This document shows, piece by piece, positions 27,555 through 36,362 of a DNA stretch of 64,000 nt. This DNA comes from Verrucomicrobiota bacterium. GTDB lineage: Bacteria; Verrucomicrobiota; Verrucomicrobiia; Limisphaerales; J093. The translations under genes were made by a program, and so were the position numbers. The notes under the pieces were generated by a model, which was not told the DNA's origin, made no database searches, and saw only the letters and a list, made by a program, of their open reading frames with translations. The DNA is taken from contig JAKQDD010000211.1 in the NCBI GenBank assembly GCA_029556615.1, forward strand, positions 1 through 64,000. The letters run 5' to 3'. Each line of letters begins with the position of its first letter. Within the stretch, counting starts at the first letter, position 1.

Positions 27555-27838
27555 AGATCGATAGGACCCGTCTGCGCGCCGACATCCACGCCCTCGTTGC
27601 GGACATCCGCGCCCTCAAGGCCATCTTCCACGAGAGTGGCCAGCCGCGCCTCACCTGGCGAGTCCGGGCCGACCTCCAGGCCGCCAAGGATCGTGCCACG
27701 CGCCTCTGCATGCTCTCCGCGCACGCGCGGGGCCGGCTCCACCTGGCGGGCAAGGTCGACCAGGAGGCTCAGCTCGCGCGCGTGCAGGACCTGCTACCCC
27801 AGTACGCGCTGCCCGAGCCGGAGGTGAAGGCGGCGTAG
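27548..27838 (+). CDS. hypothetical protein
   Basis: ATGCTGA overlap with the upstream frame. Confidence 0.45.
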   Translation: MLKIDRTRLRADIHALVADIRALKAIFHESGQPRLTWRVRADLQAAKDRATRLCMLSAHARGRLHLAGKVDQEAQLARVQDLLPQYALPEPEVKAA

Positions 27839-27839
27839 T

Positions 27840-27914
27840 GCGCTCGTAGCTCAGTCGGTAGAGCGTTCGGAGTAATGACCCGAAAGGCCGCGAGTTCGAT
27901 CCTTGCCGGGCGCG
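27840..27914 (+). tRNA. tRNA gene (anticodon unresolved; hand fold gives a 9-nt anticodon loop)
   Basis: Hand-folded cloverleaf. Acceptor GCGCTCG / CGGGCGC. D-arm GCTC-AGTCGGTA-GAGC. Anticodon stem TTCGG / CCGAA with loop AGTAATGAC. T-arm GCGAG-TTCGATC-CTTGC. No CCA encoded. Confidence 0.6.
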
Positions 27915-27969
27915 CTTATCCTTCGCTGACGATCGTTCCGAGGACGGGCCTGGCCCGTCCTCGGGTACG

Positions 27970-28500
27970 TTGCTTACGATGTCACGAAAGTCGAAGAAGC
28001 ACGCCACGGCGGGGGAGCGCGACGCGGCGGTTCGCAGGGTCCTTGGCGGGGAAGAGTCGACGAAGGTGGCTCGATCCCTTGGCGTCCACGCGACGACCCT
28101 GGACAGGTGGGTTCGCGCGCGCAGGGCGGCCATCCAGGCCGAGGACGCGCCCCTGTTCCCGTGCTCCGGGGCGCGCGTTACCCTACCGGAGACCCCACGC
28201 CTATTCCTTCAGGCCATCCACGACGCAGGACCCACAGGGGCGCTCTCCCAGGAGCTTGGGGAGCGGTACTTCGGCGGACACAAGGGCCACCACTCGCTCG
28301 CGCTGGAGAAAATCGTCCGCCTCGCGTGGAACTACGGCCTGCGGAGCCAGGACCTCTACACGATGACCCAAGAGGGGCGAGAGGTTCGCTTCCACGCGGG
28401 CCCTCACCTGGGGGCCCTGCTCCGCGCGATCAACATGTCGCAGGAGCAGGCCGAGCGGGCGCTCCTCGCTCACCTGCGGGCGAAGTACCCGGACGCTTAG
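27970..28500 (+). CDS. HTH-domain protein
   Basis: N-terminal ERDAAVRRVLGGEESTKVARSLGVHATTLDRWV is HTH-like. TAG stop fused to motif 28500-28508. Confidence 0.45.
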   Translation: MLTMSRKSKKHATAGERDAAVRRVLGGEESTKVARSLGVHATTLDRWVRARRAAIQAEDAPLFPCSGARVTLPETPRLFLQAIHDAGPTGALSQELGERYFGGHKGHHSLALEKIVRLAWNYGLRSQDLYTMTQEGREVRFHAGPHLGALLRAINMSQEQAERALLAHLRAKYPDA

Positions 28501-28537
28501 TCAGCTCCGTACGCATAGAACTTATCGACTAGGCGGT

Positions 28538-29026
28538 ATGGCACTCACCATCCATCTACAGCACTCCTACCGAACCTGGCACGTCTACGTCCACCCGTTC
28601 GGCAGCCACCCGACCTGCGTCACGGGGATGTACCGCCCCGCCTACCAGGGCCTGTCCTCCAAGGAGGAGCGCGGAGTCTCCTGGCCGAGCATCGGTCGCG
28701 TCGAGACAAAGGACGCGCGCCTCTTCATGGAGGCGATCGACACGGCGAGTCGCATCATCGACCAGATGTCCGTGATGATCGGGAACGCGTCTGTAGACGT
28801 GAAGTACGAACGGGTTGACGGGTGCGTCGAGGTAGTCGTCAAGGCGGGTTCCTGCTCGGTACGGCTCCGCGTCACGCCCGACAAGGTCGTCCAGGTAGAG
28901 GCCGGCGGGGACGGGGAGGTTGCCGACGTGTTCCGCGCGTGGGTCATCCAGCGAGTCGAGGAGAACGCGAACTACCTGCGCGGCTTGTCCGACGAGGATC
29001 TACCTACGCTCCTCGCGGAGTGGTAG
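28538..29026 (+). CDS. hypothetical protein
   Basis: ORF 26 nt downstream of the motif. Confidence 0.45.
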   Translation: MALTIHLQHSYRTWHVYVHPFGSHPTCVTGMYRPAYQGLSSKEERGVSWPSIGRVETKDARLFMEAIDTASRIIDQMSVMIGNASVDVKYERVDGCVEVVVKAGSCSVRLRVTPDKVVQVEAGGDGEVADVFRAWVIQRVEENANYLRGLSDEDLPTLLAEW

Positions 29027-29076
29027 GCCGCGTTGGCCTCGGTCTCCTATGAGACCCCTCCCATCAGGAGGGACTC

Positions 29077-29319
29077 ATGGCAGCCAAGGAACTCAGCATC
29101 TCGGTGAACCTCGGTAAGACGACGATCAACTGGGACAAGAAGCCCATCGACCGCGTGATAGCGCTCACGCTGGGCGCAGCCCCCACGGTGACGTTCGACC
29201 CCGCTCCCCCAGGTCCAGCCGCGGACGCCCAGTGGCGTATCGCGCAGGACATGCGGATCAACGGGTTCGTCGTCAACTTCCGCCCCCGTACCCTGCGAGA
29301 CACCCCGACGGGTAGCTAG
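29077..29319 (+). CDS. hypothetical small protein
   Basis: ORF only. Confidence 0.4.
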   Translation: MAAKELSISVNLGKTTINWDKKPIDRVIALTLGAAPTVTFDPAPPGPAADAQWRIAQDMRINGFVVNFRPRTLRDTPTGS

Positions 29320-29357
29320 CGCAGCTCCACACGGGAGGGTCCCGTTGACCTCACCTC

Positions 29358-29669
29358 ATGGGAACGAGATTGACAGACCCCTGGGTGTCCAGGCGTGGAC
29401 TGGAGTACACCATCCTGCGCCTGACGCTGGACGACCGCCCCGCGTGGGTGCGGACGCTCGGCATGCGGGAGGTTGAGGTGAACGGAGCGGTCGTAGGGTC
29501 CCGCGTACCCCCGCGCCTGCGCTACAGCCGCAAGCTCGGGTCCTTCGCGGTGCTCCCCTACGACCCAGAGGCGGTTCGCGCGAGGGACGAGGCGCTGGCT
29601 AACGACCGGCTTGCCGCGCTCCGGGTCCTGCACGACGAGCTCCAGGCTACTCCGTCTGGATCGGAGTAG
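29358..29669 (+). CDS. hypothetical small protein
   Basis: ORF only. Confidence 0.4.
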   Translation: MGTRLTDPWVSRRGLEYTILRLTLDDRPAWVRTLGMREVEVNGAVVGSRVPPRLRYSRKLGSFAVLPYDPEAVRARDEALANDRLAALRVLHDELQATPSGSE

Positions 29670-30516
29670 CCGCAGAGTCCGCAGCCTGAGCTTCCGCCTG
29701 GGGTGGGCTCGACTGCTCCGAGTCCGGGCCGCCGATCGTCACCAGGGCCATCTGGACGTGGTGACGATCGGGCTCGGTCGAGGGGTCGAAGACCTCCATG
29801 TCCGCGTCGAGCACGATCGTGATCTCCGGCTTGATCGGGTCGATCTCGGTGATGTTGAGGATGGGCAGCTTGCGCCCATCCTTGACGAACGTGAGGTGCA
29901 TACCACCATCGGGCATGTTCTTGGCTATCCCGTCGAGCTTGTACGCCTTGGGGGCCAAGAGGTCGAGGAAGGCGTTGATCCCCACGGGACCAAACGGGTC
30001 CTGCACGAGGTGCAGGCCGTAGGTTCGCGGCTCAGGGGCTGCGGCCGGAGCCTCGGCTGCCGGAGCCTCGGCTGCCGGAGCCTCGGTAGCCGGAGCCTCG
30101 GGGGAGGGTGCGGGTGAGCCCTCGGGACCGTCCTGGAAGCACACGACCTCCACACGCACGACGCAGGACTCCTTGTCGCTGCCCTTGGGGCGGATGTGGA
30201 TCTGGTCCTTGTAGCCGACCTTGAGGGTCTCGCCCGGCTCGTACTTCTCGCGGGTGTTGAGGGGCATGAGGGTGCGCTCGTTGCCGCACCCGCAGCGCGA
30301 GTCGGTGTTCTCGCGCACCTTGTTCCAGGTGGGGTCCGTGTTGGAGGTCATCCCACCGGGGAGGAGGACGAAGACGCGGCTCTTGAGCTCGTCGCGGTGG
30401 TCGATGAGGTACTCAAGGGCCTCTCGGTAGGCCGTCTCGTTTGATCCGCGCGAGTCCTTCGCGATGCTGAGGGCTGAGGCAAAATCCATGACGTGATCTC
30501 CTTGTGAGACCATCAT
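29647..30516 (-). CDS. two-domain protein with EAPAA-repeat linker
   Basis: N-terminal about 130-aa domain (VFVLLPGGMTS ... CGCG), a 15-bp tandem repeat (ggagcctcggctgcc, about 3.5 copies at 30045-30100) encoding EAPAAEAPAA, and a C-terminal domain. Confidence 0.5.
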   Translation of the reverse strand: MMVSQGDHVMDFASALSIAKDSRGSNETAYREALEYLIDHRDELKSRVFVLLPGGMTSNTDPTWNKVRENTDSRCGCGNERTLMPLNTREKYEPGETLKVGYKDQIHIRPKGSDKESCVVRVEVVCFQDGPEGSPAPSPEAPATEAPAAEAPAAEAPAAAPEPRTYGLHLVQDPFGPVGINAFLDLLAPKAYKLDGIAKNMPDGGMHLTFVKDGRKLPILNITEIDPIKPEITIVLDADMEVFDPSTEPDRHHVQMALVTIGGPDSEQSSPPQAEAQAADSAATPIQTE

Positions 30517-30527
30517 GTACGCGCGTC

Positions 30528-31118
30528 TTAGGTCGGAGCTGACGACTTGGAAACCGGATCCGACGACTTGGAAGGTGGGACGCGGACCACATGGACCTTC
30601 TGGATGAGCAGCGGCTTGTCCCCGATGGGCAGGCTCACCACGTAGATCCAGCCGGCCGGGATGTCCTTGTTGACCATCACCTGCGCCCCATACACCTTGA
30701 CCAAAGCGCCCGCGTGAACCATCGCGGTGCGGGTCTCGAAGTCGAGAACCTCGCGGCCGAACTTGCGCAGGTCCGCGTAGTCACGCGCGTTCATGTAGAG
30801 GGCGTTGACGAAGCGGTTCTGCTCCTCGACCGTCCGCATGACGGCTTCGATGTCGTCTGGGCTGACGTAGTTGCAGTGGATCTCGTGAGCCGCCGGCACG
30901 GCCTGCTCGATCACCACAGGGAGCAGGGAGATGAGCTCGATGGCCTCGGTCTCGGGGGCCGAGATGTTGAGGTCGACGCTGGCGGTGACGTGGTTGGCGA
31001 GCAGCCGCAGGCGCTCGGACATCTCGTCCCGCAGGTCCGCCTGTAGCAGCATGAGGTCGCGGACGGTCTTGATGTTTCGTAGGCGGTTTGTGAACTCTTG
31101 GTCGTTGATCAGGCCCAT
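30528..31118 (-). CDS. hypothetical protein (196 aa)
   Basis: ORF with motif at 30535-30543. Confidence 0.5.
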   Translation of the reverse strand: MGLINDQEFTNRLRNIKTVRDLMLLQADLRDEMSERLRLLANHVTASVDLNISAPETEAIELISLLPVVIEQAVPAAHEIHCNYVSPDDIEAVMRTVEEQNRFVNALYMNARDYADLRKFGREVLDFETRTAMVHAGALVKVYGAQVMVNKDIPAGWIYVVSLPIGDKPLLIQKVHVVRVPPSKSSDPVSKSSAPT

Positions 31119-31148
31119 GGGTCCTCCACGAGGAGGATACCCAGGGCA

Positions 31149-31928
31149 CTAGGCGAGGGCCGCGCGCAGCTTGTCCCACAGGGCGGGATGACCGGCCCCA
31201 GCTAGCGCGCTGGCGAACTTCACCTGCTCGTCGCGGTACATGGTGAGGCGCGGGTCCCCGGTGCGCACGCACTCGCGCACGTTGGCCACCCGGTCGGCGA
31301 GCTTGAGACTGGTAGGGTCGAGGTCGGGCCTGGCGTCCCGCAGCGCGAGGATCTTCGTGAAGGCGTCAGCGCTCCGCTCGCGCCGGTTCTTCCCCTGACC
31401 GGTCACGGCCCACACCAGGGCCTCAACGTCGGGGCCGAACTCGGTTCGTACCTCCTCGCGGGTCGTCGGTGTGTCCTCCACCACGTCGTGGAGGTATCCT
31501 GCGGACAGGTGCGGCTCGAATAGCCCGTGCTCCGCAAGGAGCAGGACAACCTCATGGAGGTGCGCCCAGTAGGGGCGATCTCCATACCGCTTGCCCGCGT
31601 CCGCGTGACGCTTCCGGGCGAACTCAGAGGCGCGCACCCGCATGAGGGAGCGACCAAGTAGGCCATCCATATGGGTCGACAGGTCGTCGTGCTGCTTGCG
31701 GAAGTCTGCGAGGGACCGCAGGTACCAGAGCCCGACCGGGTCGGGTCGGACTGCACTGACCTCTAGGCGCGTTCCTACGAACTCCCCCCCACGCTGCGAC
31801 AGCGCCCCCAGGACGAGCAGGGTGTACGCCTCTCGTTTCTCCTCTACGACCGCCTGTAGCACCTCGACGAGGAGGTACATTCGTGCCTCAGAGAAGATCA
31901 CCTTGTCACCACGCTGGAACTGGTACAT
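31149..31928 (-). CDS. HD-domain protein, SpoT/RelA-type (p)ppGpp-hydrolase-like
   Basis: HLHEVVLLLAEHG ... AGYLHDVVEDT matches the His-Asp signature of the RelA/SpoT hydrolase domain. The N-terminal about 115 aa is unassigned. Confidence 0.65.
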   Translation of the reverse strand: MYQFQRGDKVIFSEARMYLLVEVLQAVVEEKREAYTLLVLGALSQRGGEFVGTRLEVSAVRPDPVGLWYLRSLADFRKQHDDLSTHMDGLLGRSLMRVRASEFARKRHADAGKRYGDRPYWAHLHEVVLLLAEHGLFEPHLSAGYLHDVVEDTPTTREEVRTEFGPDVEALVWAVTGQGKNRRERSADAFTKILALRDARPDLDPTSLKLADRVANVRECVRTGDPRLTMYRDEQVKFASALAGAGHPALWDKLRAALA

Positions 31929-31965
31929 AGCGGGTGGGCGCTGAGGGTTCCCGACGGGGAGCTGA

Positions 31966-32490
31966 CTATTTTGGGGTTCGGAGGGTGGTCCCTCCGCAAG
32001 CTCCGTCGATGCAACCTACGACGCGCGACTGGTCCATGCCTGCCCAGGTGTAGCCGATCGCCGCCATGGGGGACGTGAGGGTCGAGCCCGTGTCCTGCGC
32101 CCAGCAGCCGCAACCGAACCCCATTCCGAGGGCGTTCGCCTGGATGACCTGTACGCGCACCAGGCCCGTCGGGGGTGGGGTCGCGGTGGACCCGATCGAC
32201 TCGTACTCCGCCCACACCTGCCAGCAGGTCGGGGACCACATGTGGGAGATCGTTCCGTGGCGTCGGCCCGTCCCGTCCACGACGGGGGCCTCCACGAGCT
32301 TCTTCTTGTCCCGCCCGCACCCGTTGCTCGGGTAGGAGGGGGCGGTCGACGTGCACCCGCCACACCCGGCCGTCAACGTGGACGCATGCAGCGTCGAGGT
32401 GACGGGTTCGTCGGGTTGCGAGTCGTCAACCTGTGGAGCGCAGCCTACGAGCAGACCAGCCAAACTAACGAGCGAAGCCATGAGACGCAT
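31966..32490 (-). CDS. secreted lipoprotein, Cys/Gly-rich
   Basis: MRLMASLVSLAGLLVGC signal plus lipobox. Confidence 0.5.
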   Translation of the reverse strand: MRLMASLVSLAGLLVGCAPQVDDSQPDEPVTSTLHASTLTAGCGGCTSTAPSYPSNGCGRDKKKLVEAPVVDGTGRRHGTISHMWSPTCWQVWAEYESIGSTATPPPTGLVRVQVIQANALGMGFGCGCWAQDTGSTLTSPMAAIGYTWAGMDQSRVVGCIDGACGGTTLRTPK

Positions 32491-32623
32491 GAGGTTTCTC
32501 CTGCCACGGTGGCACTTAGTAGTCGAGACAATGTTCTCCGAGAGAGCTGAGACGATACCTAATGGCTACTTAGTTGGTAAGGCCAGAAAACACGAGCAGG
32601 TCGACGGGCGGGTAGAGTGAGGC

Positions 32624-33172
32624 GTGAGCGCGCTAGGCCCCGTAAACCCCACGAGTCCTGAGGAATCCACCGAACTTCTCGCCCGTGAAGCGGAGAGCGC
32701 CGGAGAACCGGAGCGCGCGCACGCCATACGCCATGCCCGCGAGTGGGAGGAGCTCGTCAGCAAGCTCCCAGACTGGGCACGACGAATCATCGCGTACCAG
32801 ACCCACCTCTCCCAGGAGATGGCCGTACGGCTCGTGCAGCTCGACGGGGAACGCGCGATCCTGCTGGAGGGGTACTCGGTCACCGAAACCCCCCTGGGGT
32901 ACGAGGGGACGCCGGACGACGTCGCCGACAAGCTCTCGTGCCCGTTCGGTGCGGCCAGCTTCTACCCAGGGGACTCTGGATGGCCCGCGGCCCGCCTGCT
33001 CGTCCCGTCGGACCGGGACGTCCCTACACGGATCGACCTCCTGCGCGCACCGCTGCACCGGCTCCAGGACCCATCAGACCCCCCATGGCACCTCGGGTGG
33101 ACGACCCGTCGCGGGTCGATCGCCTGGACGCTCCTGCCGCACAGTGAGGTCAAGGCGGCGTTCTCCAGCTAG
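32624..33172 (+). CDS. hypothetical protein
   Basis: ORF only. Confidence 0.45.
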   Translation: MSALGPVNPTSPEESTELLAREAESAGEPERAHAIRHAREWEELVSKLPDWARRIIAYQTHLSQEMAVRLVQLDGERAILLEGYSVTETPLGYEGTPDDVADKLSCPFGAASFYPGDSGWPAARLLVPSDRDVPTRIDLLRAPLHRLQDPSDPPWHLGWTTRRGSIAWTLLPHSEVKAAFSS

Positions 33173-33201
33173 ATGGCCGCGGGGTTGGGTACTGTGCCCC
33201 C

Positions 33202-33861
33202 ATGAGCGACACCCCCGCAGCGCAGAACGTCCGTCTAACGCTCCAGGAGCCCGGAGGAACCCCCTACGACATGCAGGGGGACTTCGGCGTCCTCCTGGTA
33301 CGCCAGGACCCCACTGGACCCTTCACTCTCGTTGCCGGAAGTGCCCACAAGCTGTCCGACGAAGATTTCGGGGAAGTCCTGGGACAGGCCCTCCTCGTGT
33401 TCGTCAAGGCCGCCGCCGCGCATCCCGGCGTGCCAGAGAAGGTCCGTCAGGTCGCCAAGCTCATCTCCGTGGACCTCGAGGTCGTCGAGCAGACTCGCAG
33501 CCCCCTCGCTCCGGCCTCCACTCCAGACTCAACCGAGACCCCAACGCCAGCCCCTCAGGTGTCCTGCCAGGTGCGCTGCGACGGGTTGCTCGGACCTCCC
33601 CCTCCCATCGAGGGGGACTTCGTGGTCGCGTGCGCGCGACAGGGGACACACGGCCCGCGGTTCAGCGTCATCAGGGCCCCCGCCTCTAACCTGAACGACG
33701 AAGAGTGCGGGCGGGCGTTCGCCGGGGCCTGGGTCGCCCTCACCCATGCGCTGGTCGACGACGCCACCGTGGCTCCCCACGTGCGGAAGTGGGCCGGGTC
33801 CATCCTCGAGGAGTTCGCCCGCTCCGCCAGGCAGCTAGAGCGCGCCAGCCACCTGAACTGA
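33202..33861 (+). CDS. hypothetical protein
   Basis: ORF only. Confidence 0.45.
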   Translation: MSDTPAAQNVRLTLQEPGGTPYDMQGDFGVLLVRQDPTGPFTLVAGSAHKLSDEDFGEVLGQALLVFVKAAAAHPGVPEKVRQVAKLISVDLEVVEQTRSPLAPASTPDSTETPTPAPQVSCQVRCDGLLGPPPPIEGDFVVACARQGTHGPRFSVIRAPASNLNDEECGRAFAGAWVALTHALVDDATVAPHVRKWAGSILEEFARSARQLERASHLN

Positions 33862-33863
33862 GG

Positions 33864-34871
33864 TCACTGGGCGGGCTGCGCGTTCTTCCTCTTCACGAAG
33901 TCAGTCCACTTGGTGAGCGTCTCGGGCTTGAGCTGCCCGAAGTAGACCTCAGCGACGAGCGGATTGTCGACGATCTCCTTCTTGTAACCGTGGTCAACCT
34001 GACGTCGTGACACGACGCGAAGCGTCTTGGCCGCCTGCCGGATGAAGATCCCCACCTTGGGGGTATGGCCGCGCGGGCCCCAGTAGGACAACTTCGTCCC
34101 GCCCGCGACCACCGTGAGGCCCTCTCGGCGAAGCTGCTCGTCGATCTGCTGGGGCGTCATCCCGGCGTTCGGGTCCTTCTTGACGGGAGCCTTGACGAGC
34201 TCGAAGCTCACCGACTGGTAGGACCGTCCGTCGTTCGCCTCCCAGGTAACCCACGCCTCGCGGTCCTTGATGACCAGGTCGAACAGCTTTCCTCGAACGA
34301 GGTTCTTGATCTGGTCGGTGAGCTTGTCTGGGGTCGTGTCGGGTGGGATGCGCTGCGTGCGCGTCTTGGCCCCGAAGGGGCGGTAGTAGGACCAGGCTCC
34401 ACCGCGCGGGATGCCCGCGTCCACGGGCACCCAGGGGACCTGGGCGCGCAGCATCACCTGGAGGAGACCCTTGTTCAGCACGGCCTCCGCCAGCCGGCGC
34501 AGGTCGGAGTCCCCGTAGTGACCACTCGGCTTGGGGCCGTACTGGGTGCGGAAGTGCTGCCAGTAGGTGTCGTCGTAGGACTCGGAGGCGGGCTGGTACT
34601 TGCGCCCCACGTCCTCACCGGCCTCGATGACCGCGCGGGCCGCGTTGATGAGCTTGATCTTCTGGAGGGCCTCGGGCGAGTCCCCCACGCGGTCCGGGTG
34701 GTACTCCCTCGCGAGCCGCCGGTACGCGCTCTTCACCTCGGCCTCATCTGCGCCTGGTGCGAGCCCAAGCACCCTGTAGGCTTCTTCGAGGGAGAGGCCG
34801 AAGCTGGAGGCGTGGCGCCGGAGGTGCGTGCGCGCGATCTGACGCGCGATGTGCAGGTCTGGGGTTCTCAC
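33864..34871 (-). CDS. J-domain (DnaJ-like) protein
   Basis: AYRVLGLAPGADEAEVKSAYRRLAREYHPDR is a canonical J-domain with an HPD motif. The rest is unassigned. Confidence 0.65.
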   Translation of the reverse strand: MRTPDLHIARQIARTHLRRHASSFGLSLEEAYRVLGLAPGADEAEVKSAYRRLAREYHPDRVGDSPEALQKIKLINAARAVIEAGEDVGRKYQPASESYDDTYWQHFRTQYGPKPSGHYGDSDLRRLAEAVLNKGLLQVMLRAQVPWVPVDAGIPRGGAWSYYRPFGAKTRTQRIPPDTTPDKLTDQIKNLVRGKLFDLVIKDREAWVTWEANDGRSYQSVSFELVKAPVKKDPNAGMTPQQIDEQLRREGLTVVAGGTKLSYWGPRGHTPKVGIFIRQAAKTLRVVSRRQVDHGYKKEIVDNPLVAEVYFGQLKPETLTKWTDFVKRKNAQPAQ

Positions 34872-34896
34872 ACATCAGGCTCGGCCATAGACGGAT

Positions 34897-35538
34897 CTAC
34901 ACCGTCAAGTTCGGAGCCCGACGGACGGGCGTTTTCACAGCTTGTTCCATACTCCAGCCCCGGTTTAACCTCATTAAGATAGTTGACTTACTTATGTTTA
35001 CCTTCTCAGACCAGGCGGATACCGTCATACTCAAACCATCGACAGTCAAAATTCGATTAGTAGACTTATTTCTGCCTTGTTGCAACCAGGTAGCCCACCT
35101 GCAATTATCGGGCGTGTAGTCCCCTCTTGAGTCGATCCGGTCGATGCTGTATTGAGAGGAAGGTCTACGCCCCATGTCTTGAAGGAAGGCCAAGAAACTA
35201 GCCCGCCACCGCTCACACACACTCACCCCTTTGCCCCCGTAGTTCTTATATCCGGGAGATTTTGGATTAGTGCAGCGTTGTATCATACCTATATATATCT
35301 TATACTCATATTTTGTTCCTGGAGGATGCCTTATCGCATAAGTGCAACCACATGACGTAGTTAGCCCCCTGCGTAGATTAGCTCCTACCACGATCTTCTC
35401 GGTGCCGCAGTCGCAGCGCACCGACCAGAGAGGTATGGACCCGCCACGGTTCCGTCGACGAAACCCGTCCCGCCCCAAGACCGTCAACCGGCCAAAGCGC
35501 TGACCCGTCAAGTCGATGTAGCTGTTGTTACGACCCAT
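34897..35538 (-). CDS. homing-endonuclease-like protein (phage AP2/HNH-associated family)
   Basis: LTGQRFGRLTV ... WxxxCDCGTEKIV ... TSCGC zinc-finger module and a C-terminal IDRIDSRGDYTPDNCRWAT motif. The 3' half is visibly lower GC. Confidence 0.6.
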   Translation of the reverse strand: MGRNNSYIDLTGQRFGRLTVLGRDGFRRRNRGGSIPLWSVRCDCGTEKIVVGANLRRGLTTSCGCTYAIRHPPGTKYEYKIYIGMIQRCTNPKSPGYKNYGGKGVSVCERWRASFLAFLQDMGRRPSSQYSIDRIDSRGDYTPDNCRWATWLQQGRNKSTNRILTVDGLSMTVSAWSEKVNISKSTILMRLNRGWSMEQAVKTPVRRAPNLTV

Positions 35539-35571
35539 GAGGTAGCACTACCTCATGGGTCGTAACAACTC
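35526..35571. repeat. perfect 22-bp inverted repeat with 2-nt spacer
   Basis: gttgttacgacccatgaggtag ca ctacctcatgggtcgtaacaac. It contains the ATG of the downstream gene. Confidence 0.85.
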
Positions 35572-35881
35572 AAGGCCATTCTCTGCACCTGGGGCGATGC
35601 GCACAGCGTCGGCTGTTACAGGCTTTACAAGCGGGAACGATGTTACCCCTGACGTAACGCCCCCCTGCATGGCCGCAAACGGGAAACCTATCGACTTCCC
35701 ACAGAAGTCCCGCAGCCCGCATGCGCTTCCCGCAGTGGAAGCAGCAGATCCACACCTTCTCGCCTGGCTTCTGCCCCTTGCGGGGCGCGGCGCGCGGCAG
35801 CCCGAACTGCTCCACGAGCCATGCGCGGCGCGCGCGGCGGTTGTAGCTGCTACCCCTGAGGTTGCGGGATGCGCCAGGCAC
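35570..35881 (-). CDS. HNH endonuclease
   Basis: CFHCGKRM ... WEVDRFPVCGHAGGRY ... ACKACNSRR carries the HNH Cys/His/Asn signature. Confidence 0.7.
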   Translation of the reverse strand: MPGASRNLRGSSYNRRARRAWLVEQFGLPRAAPRKGQKPGEKVWICCFHCGKRMRAAGLLWEVDRFPVCGHAGGRYVRGNIVPACKACNSRRCAHRPRCREWP

Positions 35882-35897
35882 GCCACGAGATACCCAG

Positions 35898-36284
35898 CTA
35901 CTCGCCGATGCGAAAGTAGCTATGGGCTACTTCGTGCGCACCAAGCAGGTCGATGAGCGCGCGCATCCAGGCCACATAGCTCAGCCCCGCACGGTTTTGG
36001 CCGTCGTCGGCGTCGAGGTCGATGGGGTCGTCGAGGTCATCAAGGTTGAAGGTCATGAAACCTCCAACGGAGTACCCCAAAGTCTCCAGTACCTGCGGCA
36101 AAGGCATCTCGTTCGCGAGGGCGGGCGTCTCTTCGAGTAGCGCCTCGATGAGGTAGTTGACGTCGTAGATGGGCGTCGCGAGGAATCGCTCCCGCATACC
36201 TATCGTTACCTGACACTGGTCGCAGAAGTCGTCAGATGGATGGTCTTCACCGCAGACAGTTTGGGGGTTCTCTAGCGCGTCCAT
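35898..36284 (-). CDS. acidic protein with HExxH motif
   Basis: Very acidic. GAHEVAHSYF near the C-terminus. Confidence 0.45.
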   Translation of the reverse strand: MDALENPQTVCGEDHPSDDFCDQCQVTIGMRERFLATPIYDVNYLIEALLEETPALANEMPLPQVLETLGYSVGGFMTFNLDDLDDPIDLDADDGQNRAGLSYVAWMRALIDLLGAHEVAHSYFRIGE

Positions 36285-36302
36285 GCCTCACAGTCGAGAG
36301 GC

Positions 36303-36326
36303 TTTATCGAAGCGGAGCTGAGTCGT
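36303..36326. promoter_or_regulatory. palindromic double copy of the intergenic motif
   Basis: ggagctga gtcg tcagctcc between the divergent genes 35898..36284 (-) and 36363.. (+). Confidence 0.5.
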
Positions 36327-36362
36327 CAGCTCCATCGACGCACCACGACCCAACAACCCGGC

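Noticed and set aside
27862-27884. Alternative tRNA anticodon-arm fold with a 7-nt loop (anticodon AAU)
   Set aside because: It requires an A-C mismatch at the loop-closing pair and non-canonical spacing after the D-arm. The 9-nt loop fold is reported instead and the anticodon is left unassigned.
35555-35956. Plus-strand ORF starting MGRNNS
   Set aside because: The identical start arises only because the 22-bp palindrome mirrors the real minus-strand start. The ORF runs antisense to the clear HNH gene 35570-35881.
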